Positions 25,313 to 39,119 of a stretch of 64,000 nt of DNA are shown here, piece by piece (position 1 is the first letter of the stretch; each line of letters begins with the position of its first letter). Where the stretch lies: positions 298,052 to 362,051 of the forward strand of contig DF236954.1 in the NCBI GenBank assembly GCA_000708835.1, given 5' to 3'. The notes beneath the pieces were generated by a model. That model did no database searches and was not told where the DNA came from. It saw nothing but the letters and a program-made list of their open reading frames with translations. This DNA is from Klebsormidium nitens (taxonomy: Eukaryota; Plantae; Klebsormidiophyceae). The translations under genes were made by a program, and so were the position numbers.

Positions 25313-27471
25313 TTACTGTAGCCGCTGTGGCTGGGGTGGTACAACGACCGTCCGCCCATGCTGCCACCCGAGTGCGGGATCGAGGCCCCGTGTCCGCAGC
25401 TCCTTGTACTCTTGACAAAGGGCACATGGCACTGCAGAAAAGGCACCAACATTTCAGACCTGGCAGTCAAGGGTGCAAACAACAAACGGCGCTCGGCAGA
25501 AACGAAAGCCGGACGACCTTCGTTGCTCGCAAATTTCGGAACCGGAGGTCCTTTGAACACGAAGTAACTGGACGTGTCCGCTTCTTTGAAGCGCTCGCTG
25601 CAAAGGCTTACAGTGATCAAGTGACGAACCTTGAAAGTTACGTTGAGAGATCACTGTCCTCAGCACGATCCTAAAGTTTAAAGAGAAGTACTGAAAACAA
25701 AATAGCTGCGCCACATACAACGTACCAGGGAGTACGCTGGCGCATTCAGTATGATTCTGATTCAAAAAGAGGGCGCTGGCAGGACTCACAACAGCATCCG
25801 TGCACACAGCAATCCCAGCACGGCTCCTCCGGCAGGTGATACTTGGCACGCAGCCTCGACCGGTACTGTACACAAAATAGTCAGTAGGTCGATTGAGACA
25901 ACAATACCAGGATTCTCTTTTTAGTCCACCCGTTCATCATTCACAATGTTGGACAAACGTTACACCAAATTCGTCAAACGGACACGTCACAGCCCTCAGA
26001 TGATTTTTGGTGATTTGTGCGACCTTCAAGCAACCACTTTTACATTCTTGACAACGGCTTGATTGTAGAAACAGGAAGACCAACTTCAGCTTCCCTTCGT
26101 TGGAATCCTCTCGAGACAATTAGGGCCTGCTTACCATGCAGCTGTAGATGCACGCGCACCCAGTGACCTGTTGGAACAGATACCAAAACGCCGCCCCTAG
26201 GGGACATGGCGTCACGCCATTGTCAATGACCTCGATGTTCTGGCCGACCGTTATGCAGGGGCAGAAGCACGTCTGAAGGCAGAGCGGGATGTCGCTGAAG
26301 CAGTCAAAGAGGCCATGATGCCAGCCCTCCTCTGAACCTGAGGGAGCAAGATTGGGTGCATTAGTCAGCGAGCTCTGAGGAGTTGCTAATCAAGCAAATC
26401 CACCTCTGAAAACAGATTAGTGACACGCTTGATCCTGTGGCATGGAGACTCCTTGTGTCGCCCCTTCACGTTGGTCGTTAACCTCCAGCAGAAGATGGTT
26501 TGTCACCGAGGCCCCTTTACAGCCCTGTGGGGCAGCGCACCAGACCTCAAGCCTGATCCAAAATCCTGGATGCCCCAACAGAGAATATAAAGTACCTGAA
26601 CAAGGTTATTGAAGCGAAACGTACTGCGGGTTTCAGAAAGCAAAGAAAGAGTTTGCTTAGCTCTGCCCGGCACAGCTTTTCCAGCTGCCGCACCGCGCAA
26701 GGCGTTGGCCGCAGCACAGAACCAACTATTGTAATTTGGCCAACTCAACTTAATGATCAACATCACTTCGTTCCAGCTAGATAACTCTGCAGCTCGAAAT
26801 CAACAAGCCGAGCCCTTTTAGTGGTTGATTACTCAACGATAAACTGAGCGCATGCATCATAATGCAAAGAAGAACATTATGAATTAAAGTCAGAATCCAT
26901 GGGTTGGCACAAAGCGGACTTGAGGAGCTGAAAATGAAGACCATTCAAAAATCAGCATCAACTTTGACCCTGATCTTCATACCGAGGCAAACCAAAACGT
27001 TGACAATACACCAAGATAATGCCAAGGATAGTGTAAACCGTAAAATCCATCTAGGATGTCAATTTGGTGCCCCGAAAGGGATCAAACTGGAAGCCACCAG
27101 CAGTTCTTGCAATCTTCAAAAGATCCTGATGTACAGTGTCATTTAACAAAACTCGCAGAGGCAGTCTTTCAGAATGTCCTTAAATCGCCACGGGCTCCGG
27201 AATCATGGCCTCAGCAACTCCTCTACAAGCCAGAAGCTGTAGAACCTCATGAAGAGCTTCAATTACGAACTCAGCTTTCACCTCTGTTAGTTTGCGGAGG
27301 TTGCTCGTTGTATCTGGCCCCTTTGTAAGTGTACTGGTCTTCAGCACTCTGAGAGGAAGGGCTCGAATCCCAAGGCCGCGCTGGGTATCCGGGCACTTTT
27401 CCCGCCCCTTGGAGCAGCGATACTTGCTCGGCCGCGCTGTCCTGGGACTCCGAACCTTTGGTGGCGCCCAT
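25313..27471 (-). CDS. PLAC8 / plant cadmium resistance (PCR, CNR/FW2.2-like) Cys-rich protein. Exons 27471-27282 (less certain), 26337-26135, 25865-25790, 25431-25313
   Basis: Not visible in the ORF track. Spliced translation: [40 protein letters not shown]...GCACIYSCM|[25 protein letters not shown]|[23 protein letters not shown]. Phases are consistent. Confidence 0.92.
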
Positions 27472-27534
27472 CCTCTACCTTCGGAAAACGATGCTCGAGC
27501 AAGGAAAAGTCCTCTTATTGGCCCTTCTTTTGCC

Positions 27535-27542
27535 CTTTTATA
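27535..27542 (-). promoter_or_regulatory. Candidate TATA box (TATAAAAG) upstream of the PLAC8 gene
   Basis: Canonical motif about 64 nt upstream of ATG 27471; no transcription-start data. Confidence 0.3.
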
Positions 27543-28462
27543 TGCTGCACAGTTTTGGCGATTGGAGGCGCTTCTGGGGGAAGCGATGGATGTGGCCCCT
27601 CATGGGCTCATTCCGGCGGAACTCCCTCTGGCCCAGACACTTTCCAGGCAAGCGCTCCCTGTGACGTTGGCAGCATTTTGGATGATGTCAGCCGTCCTCT
27701 GCAGGCACGTAAAGCGCAGGTGGGGATACGTGCTGGTCACGCAACGCCCTGCTGTATATGCGTCCAGTCGAGCGGCCCCTTCCGCGCCAAGCAGTTGTCC
27801 AGCGGTTCCAGCTCACCCGAAGAGGACTCTAAACGTCATTGAGGGTATCGTTCACAGGTACCGGTTTTCCTATTCACCGGTTGCAAAAGTCGTTCCTGCT
27901 GCCGCTCACACTCCCACCCCAGCGTTCCCGGTCCAAGACTGCCCCGGTGAGTTTTGCAGACGGTATCTATGTACCTGGCTGCCTGTGGTAGGTACCGTAC
28001 ACGGTGCTGAGAAGGCAGGGACTCGATCACTGATTGGCAAGGGCCACTGGTGCAGTGGTGGCAGGGGGAGCAACGTTGAATTTGCCACCATTTCAATTCA
28101 GCATTTCTGCAGCACAGCTGCGGTCAGGAGCTTGCAATCGCCCTCTGGCTGCATTGGCTGCCTGTTGCTGCATTTGCCCCTGCATTCAACGGAGCTGGCA
28201 CCTGTTCCTGCTTCCCAGGGCAGTCGCCTTCGGCGACTGTGGTCGAGCAGGGGGTGGCACCAGAGGCGAAAACGAGCGTAATTTGAACAAGCAGCAAGCA
28301 GAGCACGTGTGTGCAATTTGTGTGTGCAATTGACCTAGCCAGCAAGTGGCATCCGTATTCTGGAGGATTCTCACTGCATCTTGTCGCTCATAGCGGTTGG
28401 CACTTCAGGTCTCACCAAAAAGCATAGCCTTTCAGGACAGATTTCAAATAGCAGCTACAGAC

Positions 28463-31400
28463 ATGGCTTTCATGACAGCACAGACAGCGTCTCACATGGA
28501 GGTCGACCTCTCCGCCAGCTTGTATGAGGCTGACAGTCTTCCAAGCCAGACCTCTTTCGTAAGTTTGTCTCCTGCTCGATTCTACTGGGCTCAGAGTTAC
28601 TTATCCTTCCTGAGTGCATATTGTAGCACATTGCTGGGATTGCCTTTGAGTGGTGATGATGAATTGGGGTAGATCACTGTTGCTGGTTGCTGTTATTGAA
28701 TGCATACATGTTCACAGCTTCGACAAGGTTGCCGACTTTGTTTAAAGGTCTGTCTCATCTGTGAATGTTGGAGTCTGGACTGCAACCAGAGCCAAAAGCA
28801 CAAAATTGTCAAGAGCTTGTGACAGTATTGTACATCCTCCTCAGATCCACCCTGGAGACAGGATCTGAGCTTTATGAGCAGTTGATTGGAGAAGTTACAC
28901 ACAATAATCAGGAATCTGACAGGTCTAGACCAAAGCAGTTGCACCAATCAAGAATCCTTGGCCAGAGCGAAGCGTCCACTTATCCAGTTCTGTGAACAGA
29001 AACTCCCATCTTCCTTTCAAGTCAAGAGAGCATCTCGCTATATTGCTGGATACCATTCTCGGTCCACCTTTCCTTTTTCAATCCCCTGTTACCAAATCTC
29101 GTACCATTCCTCCTCCAGGTTGACCTCATCAGCGCCGACTCTGACATGGACCTGGACCCCCAGGAGAAGGAGGAGCTCCTCTACAGCGACGAGCTCACCT
29201 TCGACATCGAGGACCTTGGGTTCGACAACCCCTTCGCCGACTTTGAAGACACCGACCCTCCCCCCCAGGGGGTCCAGAGCTTGCAGGAGGAGTTTGCCCT
29301 GGCAGCCGGTCATCTTGGCCAGTATCAGCCATTGGACTTCAGGGTAGACGAGGCTGTGGCAGGGTTTGGAGGGTTTGCTAACCCCGCAGGGGGTTTGGCT
29401 CACCAGGCAGCTCTGGTTGAGGAGGATTATGTCAGGCTGAGGCGAGCCGAGGGCGGAAGGTACGGGTTTGACATCGTGATCAGGGGGGGAAGGGCGTACC
29501 CCGTCCTGCAGAACGCCGCGGCGGCACAGGCCCCCCGGGGAGATCATGGGTGGCACGATCTGGGGCATCCTGTGTGGCATGGGGGTCAGGAACAGCAGCA
29601 GCAGCAGGGGGGTCAGGAGCAGCGGCGGCGGCACGGAGTTTTTAGGGGGGGTATCGGTGGTGACGAGTTTGAGGGGTTGCTCGGGATTGGTGAGGCGGCC
29701 CTGGTTGGAGAGGATCCTGTTGAGGGTGTTGGCGTCTGCGAGCATGCACCCCAGGCCCAGGAGAATGGGGTGCTCAACCCCGCGAATAATGGGGGCGAGC
29801 TTTATATCGACCCCCGAGATCAGGCAGATTGGCGAGGTGAGATTGTTGCTTGCTTGAAGAAACCAACTGCTGTGTGATCTGCATGCAAAAAGACCTCTAC
29901 TTTCAGGTTTCAGTTTTCAGTCCCTAAAGCTTCTATCTTGGCTGCAAATGATGGTTCTAGAAGGGTCGAATCTTCCAGAGCTGGAAAAGGTGCAAACTGC
30001 ATCATGTATGCCTAGGAACCTGTCATTTCAAGTTTATGCAGAGTTCAGAATCTGAAATCTCTTAAACAGCTAGCTTGTCACTTCCTAAACAAACTTTTCG
30101 TTCCGACAAGTCGTATCCTCATTTGACGCTCGACAAACATTCCTGATTGTAAACTGCTCATTTTTGCCTCCTTCCAGACGACCACCCACAGCGCATCAAC
30201 TTCGACTTCGCAGCAGCAGCAGCAGCAGCCGCGGCGGCGGCGAATGACATCGCGCCAGCTGGGGCGCGCCCTCCACCGCCCCCCCGGCCCGACCTCCCGC
30301 CCCCGCACGCTATTGCTGCAGCTGCGGTTGACGTCCTCGCCAGCCGTCACGTTTCACTAGAGGAGACGTGGTCCCATTTTTCAACAAGCACGCGCCGGCT
30401 GCAGAGCTTTCTCGCGTCCGTGATGTCCTCGTCCAGGCGCCACCTGGCAAGCACGCCCCAGATTGCGGCCCTGCAGGAACTATTCGCGGACGGAATCGCG
30501 GCGCGCGCGGCCCAGGAAGCGTACTCGGGCAGAGAACTAGGCGCGGACTGGTTTGCAGCCGCTGCTCAGCCGTTTGGCGGTGCACAGGAAGCGTTGATGA
30601 GGCAGGTCGGGGGCGTTGTTCTGGACCGCCCGGTGATTGGAGACGGAGTCGCGTTGGGCGGGGCACAGGAGCCGGTGACGAGGCGAATCGGAGGCGTAGC
30701 TTTGGACCGTCCGATGGTCGGAGACGCAGCCGCGTTTGGCGGCGCACAGGAGCCATTGATGAGGCAATTCGGGGGCGTCCCTTTGGACCGTCCGATGGTC
30801 GGAGACGCAGCCGCGTTTGGCGGCGCACAGGAGCCGTTGATGAGGCGATTCGGGGGCGTCCCTTTGGACCATCCGATGATTGGAGATGCAGCCGAGGTGC
30901 TGCGCGTGGAGCGGGAGCTTGGTGCCGCGCGGGGCCTGGTGGCCGACATGGCTGCGGCGTACGGGCCAGCTGTTCCCGTCAGAGGAGGTGAGGAGCCTAT
31001 CTCCCTTGACCTTTCTTATTTGTCAGGCGCGTCAACCTTATTGAGTCTTTCGAACAATTGATTGCGAAATTAAGAATGTTTCCGTCCGGGGAAGCGAGGA
31101 GGCTATCTTGCCTTCTGCAGTAAGTGCTGAATCTTAACTGAGGCTCGTTCCCAAGCGTGAAAGAGCTGTGTTCATCCGCAGCTGTATTGTCGCACATCAA
31201 GATCGAGCGCTCTGATCGCCAAAAAGCCTTTTGTTCTGAGCGCTCAGTTCAACTTCCGCATAAGGAGGAGGAAAAACATTTGAACAAGGCAACCGTGATC
31301 ACTTATCATGGAAGGCAGATTGCTTGCTGGTCAAGATGGCCTTGTGTTCTTTGGATTTGAGTGGCTGGATTGGTTCTTGCTATCACGGAGTTTGACACTA

Positions 31401-31672
31401 TCTTTTCGGTTGCTAACCACCGCTTCCTCTTGCATGCAGAGCTGGTGTTCATTGGCGGTCGTGGCCAGGATGGGCGCGGCTGCCAGCTGGCAAATATTGC
31501 CCGCAACACTGCGCTGAGTAGTGGGCTCGAGACTTCTGCCTCAAAACGGGCCAAGTACGCGCTCAAGATGAAGAACAAAACCATGAAGCGGAACCCAACC
31601 GCCGTCCTGACGGCGTGCAAGCTGACGCTGCCGTCCGTGTTTGCGACGCTTCCCACTGTCGCGGTCTGCTGA
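28463..31672 (+). CDS. Unknown Ala/Gly/Pro/acidic-rich protein. Exons 28463-28558, 29119-29836, 30178-30987, 31440-31672
   Basis: GC-rich open frames bounded by strong sites (ttc|gtaagt, ctccag|, gag|gtgag, ttccag|, gag|gtgag, gctaac..gcag|) whose phases join without stops. No family recognised; first exon is tentative. Confidence 0.65.
30573..30896 (+). repeat. Coding minisatellite, 4 x 81 bp (27 aa FGGAQEPLMRQFGGVPLDRPMVGDAAA)
   Basis: Units start at 30573, 30654, 30735 and 30816; units 3 and 4 are nearly identical. Confidence 0.95.
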
Positions 31673-33159
31673 GATCAGCAACCAACCGTTGCGGTCTGCT
31701 GACGTCTTCCGCTAGGTTGTTGACTTTGAGAATGTGTTTGTGCGGTCCTCAGGCAAACCTGTAAAAAGGGTGCGACAGTGGTGGTCTGGAGCTCGAATGA
31801 GAGGGAGGGGACAGGATCGGATAGGTGGTTGTAGACAACGTGGACAAGAACGTCAAAACTCTTCTGGCCTTGGAATGGCCATCTGCTTGCTTCGAGGCAC
31901 AGTACAGGGCCGGCGAAAGGGGCCTCTTGGGAGGAGTGCTGTTTTTGTAGTCCGCTCGCTTCGAAGACCCTGGTCGAGAACTCGAGGCCCGGCCTGTAGA
32001 TATTGACTGTTGTAGATAGCCCGTATGCGGGTGGTTGTTCGAAGTTCGAGGCGGGATGGGTACATAAGGCCTTATGCTTGCAAAATAGGTTTCCTTGCTG
32101 GCTCCAACCGCTAGGCTGCACTCGTTAGGGTTCTATGTGTATGAGAGCCATTCGGGCGGTGTCACGGGACAATGAACCTCAATTACGGCCCGTAAAGCCT
32201 AGTCCACCGATTGCCAATTCAGTCAGTGAGAGCACCAATCCTCTCCTTATTTACGAGACTAGTGGCAAGCGCGTAACAGCTGCTTCCGGTCTCATGGGAT
32301 TGAAACTCACCAACGGTGCTGGGACTCTAACGATCTCGCTGCTTCACACCATTGTATATATGTCATGATGGTCACCGGGTCAACTTTTAATAGTACAGTA
32401 CAGAGTCTGATCTTCACCATGCATGAAGCTTATGAAGCAAGATGATTTGTAGCCGCGAGCCACATAACTGTACATAGGCCATATGTCCAACATGCTGCCT
32501 TAAGCGCCGTTGGCCGGACGCTGGCACTGACTTAAGTAATGATAATGACTTACATATGTATGTATGTAAGTTTGCAGACCATGCACGCACTGAAGGATTG
32601 ATCCATCAGAGCATGGCCGGACAACGGGGTCACGGCATGCATGTAAGTTACCTTTAAAGTAGCATTGGGTGGCCTCCAACATGTCAGTGACTCAGTGATT
32701 ACGAGCGGAAGTCATGACGCGGGCCCCGCTTGCATGAATGACATGTAGCTTATTAAATGATCTCTTGCGCCTAGCCAGGGAACCCTGTATAGGCAACCCT
32801 GTTTCTTGGGCTTATATACGGCCCTTCGGCTGCATATCAGAATGGGACCGTCACGATGCAATTGATGAAACGAATGAAAACCAAAACCCAACTTGATTGA
32901 TTGGAGAAAGGCGCAGCGATCACTATAGATGACCACTTTTGTATGGACGCAAGCAAGCACTATCAAAGAAGTCACGCCGTCCCGTCTGGTCCAAAAAGTG
33001 AATGCCGCGCCCGGGTGCAGCATACTTTACTCGCAACTCTGGAGCTCGTTTAACATCCACACACAGATGATTGTGACCGCAGAACGAATCACATCATTGG
33101 ATTCTTCATATTTATAGGGGGCCTGGGACCAGCCCGGCCTGCTGATAAGCTCCGGCATA

Positions 33160-36100
33160 TCAGTAACTTCGCGGAGGTTTCTCCAGTGCGAAGTTCCCTA
33201 GCTTGCCACCCCTGTAATCTTTCAGCACTCGATGTGCCGCAACGTCTACATCACCGTTGAAGAGCTTCTGGGCGATGTTTTCTAGGTACCTGCAATCACA
33301 AGTATGCATCATCTTCAAAGGGTTCTGGAGCCTTTTCTGCCTTGATCTGATATAACGCTCCTAACTAGAAACGCACGACTCACTTCAGGCCGATGCGGTG
33401 TGTTGAAAGAAGCTCCTCGCTTGTCGCACACTTCGGCACGTTAATTATTGTTTGCATCACATTTCAAGGAAACTTGAGTGCCCATTCAAGGAAAGAATAT
33501 TGTAACATTGCAGCGGGCAACGCTCTGGCGCAAAAGCAACCCGGCGAACGGCAACGAAAACGCAGGCAACGCAACGCTTTCAAAGCGAGTTCAATCTGAT
33601 AACCAGTGTTTTCCGGAATGGTCGTTTACATTCACACAAGTCCGGAGGATAGCATGGCCCCTGCGCAAGAGTAACATACACACACATAAGAGACTGTTCC
33701 GAAGTACAAGGTCCCCCTTTTCTTCGCAAATGTGCGCCTGGCCGATAATGACAAGCAATCACGAAAAATAAAATCTTGCAGAAGAGCTTACGTTTCTGCG
33801 GGTAGGCTCCGGAGCCCCGGTAACTTATATCGCTCCTCAAAGTCATGTATACCTGAAGGCAAGGAAATGTATGGCTCGCTTCAATGCCATAGGATTCAGC
33901 GCAACGGGCAGTCAATATTAAGCATGGCCGTTCCTTCGACGTAACAGTGCGTGCAAAAAGTAGAGGTAGGAAACGTTACAAACAGAAGAGGGTACGTGGA
34001 TTCGAGGGAAGCCACAACATACGACGACGGACCTCCCACTCGGGATCTGCGCTGCTATATTTTGAGCATCAAAAGAAGAAGCACCGCAACAACTCCTGCT
34101 TGTTGGATCAGGCCCCAGATTGCACCCTGCCCGGCCTCCGGCGAACCCTCAAAAGCAGTTTCCGCTTCCTCGACACTCAGAAAGACCCAAAGAGGGGCCT
34201 TTGCGGAAGCCAATCCAACGCTGCTGAGCACTCTCTGATTCCAAATCAAACGCAAGCAGCAGAGGAAACCCACGAACGTGTTTTCCCAAAAACTCACATT
34301 TAGGCGCGGATCGCTTCACGTATTCGATCAGGATGACGGCCACCCCCGCGACGGCATATGCCGCCTGCCCGATGTCGTTGCAGATCGCGAGGCGCGCCGC
34401 TGCCGCCTGGTCTTGGAGCCGGGCGGGGAGGACCCCCGGGGAGTCGAGCAGGTCCAAGTTCGCCCCAATCCGTAGCCAACTGCAGACGGAGTCTGCTTGA
34501 ATCAGACCTTTGCTTGCAGCTTCTGAGGCTTCAACTTTAAACTGTAAGATCGGTGTTAGGCGGCCTGCCAGGTTTGAAACTGGGCGGGAAGCACTCCCGG
34601 GGAGTCGAGCAGGTAAAGGTTCGCCCTGAGCCTGAGCCGACTGCAAACGAATTTGCGCTGGAAATCGCGCGAGCGAGAAATGGAGGGAAGCTAGCTGGGG
34701 ATTGCCCACGGCTGAGACAAGCTTAGGGGTCGCAAAGATAGGTTCAAGCGGCTGCTATGCGTCAGAGATCGGGCAGGGAGCACTTCCAAAAACCCGAGGA
34801 GGTCAATGTTGAGCTCAATCGACAGCCGTCAGCCAACTGCAGAAACGTATTGCCCGCGATTACTGCGTTGAAGTCACAGTAATCGCTTCAAAGCAATCAG
34901 CTTCAACGCAATCGGCTTCGAGCTCTATTGCGCAGATGCTTTAGCTTCAACTCACTTGCCTGGTGGACTTGACGTGGGGTTTGAAACGTCCCCAGAAGTT
35001 GAGTCCAGGTCGGCACTCCCCCGACCGTCCAGAGCAATCTCATGTATACAAGCCGAGCTCTTTGACCGAAAGTCTGACTGCGATGGACCCTTCGACCTGC
35101 CGCGAATGAATGGAGTCAAGAGCTCTTCGCGGGTTCGAACAGCTACAGTCAGAAAAACTGAGAAAGACCGAGGCAAACGAACCAGTCATGACGACAGGAT
35201 AATCGCAATCAACCTGCAAGAACAGGAATAACTGGAAAAACGGAACTGTTCCACTACGATTCCACGATGTGATTCGACAAGAGCGTTCGGAAGCTTACAC
35301 AAGCTCGCGGGTGACTCCCGGGCGCGGCGCGCTGTTGGCGACCCGCCGCTTGAGCAGGCGGTTGATGATGGCCGACTTGCCGACGTTGGGGTACCCGATC
35401 ACGGCGCACCGCACCGGCCGCGGGAGCAGACCCTTGGCTTCCCGCTTGCCGTTAATGTCACCGCTGACACGTGTCGCCTCCTGGGTCAACTTCAAGATCC
35501 CCTGCAGAGCGTCAAAGCCGGAGACTGAATCTCGGTATCCTTCGTATGCCGAGATTTCGGCCGGATACTAGGAAAGGAAACGTTATCTAGACACTTCAGG
35601 GCTCCCTGACTCTAGGGAGAAGTGACGATCTTAAAAACGTAACTTCTGGAACCAGTAAGACCGCCAGCCTGAAACGAGTACGGTTACTCTGGAGGTTTAG
35701 AGTAGGTACGGGTACGGGCCAGCGAACAAATGGGTCAAGGTGTCTGCGTTTTCGGGCTTATTATTCCTAGAGCTCACTGGAGTCCTGTGTTGTCACGGCA
35801 AAATACTAGGGCTTTCAAGTTCGGGTTTCATCGTGCAAAGTTCTCAGCGTACGAGGTCCTAGAGGTGAATTGAGTGTCGCGTGTCGAAAGGAATCAAGAA
35901 ACGAATGTTGTCATTTCGGTGCCGAGACAGGTTGCTTGTTGGGTTAGCATTGCAATGCTCCGCTCGAAGGGTTTCTGAATCAAGGTCGTCAGGACCGCAC
36001 ACATCAAGGTTCCAAAGATGGAGAAGAGTAAGTCTAAAGCAGAGACGCACAAAGGCTGCAGGAGATGGTAAACATCGCGAAGAGGATGTAAAACCCTGAC

Positions 36101-38422
36101 CAGACCTTCAGGGGGAAGTACTCACGATTAGAAAGACTTTGCTCCAACTTCTCACCCCTCAGGGTCCAGTCCAACTAAAGGCAGGCCAAAGCATTCAGCA
36201 CATTCCAGAAGCAGGAAGGAACAGGAGCGCGAATCGAGACTGGAAAAGCAGTCTATCAACCCTCTTTATAATATAAACTGGGAAGTCGTTTGGAATTCCC
36301 AAAGCAGCCCGTGCCTTTCCATCATCCTCTGACACCAGCAAACTCAGGAGGCCAAAAACTGAGCCTAGAACCTTTGAAATCTCAACTGCACGTACGGAAA
36401 TGTACAACTAACTTACATCTCCCGCTTGTCCGTTTGTCCAGATCACGGTCTGCCCCTGCGCCCTGAAGTACTGCCTCCAGGCGGTTCTCTCGCGGTTGGA
36501 AATCTGGTCCTCCCTATTCATAACCAGCAAGCGCCGCCGATCGCCTATCCACTCGCCAATCTGCAGAGTTGGCTCCAAAATCACTAAAAGCAGCGGTCTG
36601 AGGTCAAGCAAGCGTGTTTCGATGGCCTATCAAACGATTCTGCAGTATAAGAACCTTTCGAACAGACTGATCTGGTTGTAGGGCTCCCTTCCACTGTGTC
36701 AAAAAGAGTGAAAAGTTGCACGACTTGATCTACAATCTGCACAACGGCATCCGTCAAACTCCGTTTTACACACATATCTGCCTCCTGAGTCCTCAGACGT
36801 CCGTTCTAAGTGACCTCTTATAGATCCAGATATAGCAGAAAGCTCGTAGCAGTATATGAGTGCAACGAACTCAGAGCAGGGCCGTACGTCAGACCCAAAG
36901 CTGCTTGGGTGGATCAGGCACTGTTCAGTACATCAAGCCGCTTTAGATTCGATCAAAAGAGAGCCTACTTCCGAGTGCGAACCTTTATGTTCTGTTCGCT
37001 TATAGCCTGGGTCTGTACACATCTTCTGACGACCTCGCAAAAGCTGGCAGGCTAAAAGCAAGGGGTGTATTCGTCACTATTGCTTCTTCAAAAGAATAAC
37101 GGAAAATAGAACAAATAGCCCAGACGGGTCAGCGATACTTGCCTCAGGGTGTGCGGTGGCCATGGGTATCCTGGCGTCCCTCACTTCCAGGACAACGTCC
37201 ACCAGCTTAAGCTGCTCCTTGAGTTGGCGCTCAGCCTTAGCAATGTGACCAGGGTACCACTGCACACCATATTGCGTGGATTTGAGTATTTTGGTGACTT
37301 CAGAGATTCAGGGTTTCAGCATATGACAGGAACACAAGTTACTATGAAGCGCTTGAGTTGAGGTGGTGGTGGGATGCATCTAGACTTGTTGGGGTTCTCT
37401 GAGAAAATCTCAAAGAAAAAGTTGAAGTGGTACGACAGTGCGCAGCACTGAGTACGACGAGATGCAGACTGTCAAAGTAGGGATGCATTTGTCACAGATT
37501 TCAAGTAATTTCAAATAGCCAAATGAGAGCTTGAGATTACCTCTGAAATTTACTGCGGGTCACTTGTCTTAGGTGAAGGCAACTAACTTTTTAATGTCCG
37601 TGCAATTAGACTAGTTGAATATATTTGGAGGCCCAAACCATGACGCCAATTAAAAAGAAGGGTGGTGTACGATCAAAGAGATCCTCATCAAGGAGGCTTT
37701 AGGAGTCGCGACAGCCCTTGCTTTCAGATGTTCTGCAATCTGCAGACATTGCTCATTATTGCCAGGTCAGGCAATGCCCTCACCTGCACGAGCCTGACTG
37801 TCCTCGTCATGAAACCTGCATCCCTCTCGGGCTCATTTAAATCGATTGCTTGACTATGTCGCCACTCCCTTTCAAAGTCCCTCTCTGGCTTCTTGATTGA
37901 AAAGCTGCTAGCCCCACTGCTTTCAGTCTGTTGGTCCACACCAACTTTATACACAAGAGGCTCCTCCCAGGTGCTGGCCTCTTTGTTTGGCTGCTCAGGA
38001 GCTGCGCTGGACGGAGTTTCCGTTGATGTTGGGGAGGTCGCAGCTTTGCTTGGAGGTGACTCTGGTGTGGCAGTGGATCCTTGAGTGGCAAATGTGGCCA
38101 CTTGCCTGGAGGACCCTTCCGATGGAAGTGGTGGTCGAGTTGCGTTCAAAGTATGTGGTAATGGGTTTAAGAATGCTGGACGGGACTGATTCGCACTGAT
38201 GAGCCATGGAAAGTTTGACAAGGCCTTTGCAGGGAGACCCCTCTCACAATATAAATGAGCATCGTGTCTCCTACGTACGCGCCCTTCCCTAGAGTGGCAG
38301 AACGACTGCTCTAAGAAACCGGATGCTCTGCCCGAGACGCTGGCCGCGGCTGAGCTGCTCAACCTCTCCATTGCAAGAGAATAGCCAGCAGCAAATTCTG
38401 GCACCGTCAGTACGCCAGGCAT
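33160..38422 (-). CDS. rbgA: Chloroplast RbgA/YlqF circularly permuted ribosome-biogenesis GTPase. Exons 38422-37784, 37259-37143, 36560-36417, 35501-35299, 34479-34298, 33852-33792, 33289-33160
   Basis: VQ|[77 protein letters not shown]...LEKPP. Long transit-peptide-like N-terminus. Start could be 38422 or 38371. Confidence 0.94.
34480..34845 (-). repeat. Two echoes of the RbgA exon 5 acceptor
   Basis: tgcag|t(t/c)ggct...gacct(g/c)ctcg...ggaagtgct copies start at 34640 and 34836; real at 34479. Confidence 0.85.
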
Positions 38423-39119
38423 CGGCACCTTTGACCACCTCCCTAGCTAGCCGACAATGAGAGCCTCCCTTGTGGCCTCCCCTTCGAAGTTCAGCCTCGG
38501 CCACCCCTGAACTTGTTCAAAGCGTGCGTTGACATCAGAACTTCGAACAATGCAGCAATCCACAGCATCCCGTGTCCAGTTCCCACAAACAAATGATCTT
38601 AAGTAATTTCGGAACTGTTTCCACGAGCCGCTTTCTTCTGTGAAGACAATGCACTGAAGGGCACATGTGTTGACAAGAACACGGCCCTACCTGCTGCTTA
38701 CTCTTTTTAATACCTAATTTATTGGAAGCAAACTTGCAAAGTTTGATCAAAGAACTTGCGTACATCTGAATCCCAAGAAAGGAGCAGCAGCAGCAGCAGC
38801 AGTAGCAAATCTGCTGCTCGTCACTTATTAGATCGAACAAGGAAGCCTTAGGATTCGTAGGAAGGGCGTCCATTCCAATTTCTGATCCTGACTCTGAGCG
38901 TCCGACAGTAAAAGGGGTGCCAAACTGCCTCGCAAGAAGGAATATGCGAGGATCTGAAAGAGGTCCTGTCTACTCAGCAGCCGACTCTTTTGATTATGCT
39001 TGCCCTCATTTCAAACACATTGTTTCATAGACGTCCCGGGATCAGCAGCTGCTAGGGTTGGCACGCAAAGAGGAGTCCAAAAATCCACTTGAGGAAGGAG
39101 AAGCCAGCTAGGCTAGCTG

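Noticed and set aside
27292-28281. 329-aa plus-strand ORF
   Set aside because: Non-ATG start, overlaps PLAC8 exon 1 antisense and the divergent promoter, no recognisable motif.
34000-34070. Candidate extra RbgA exon
   Set aside because: No acceptor gave homologous sequence in the required phase; exon 33852-33792 (ERYK) joins correctly instead.
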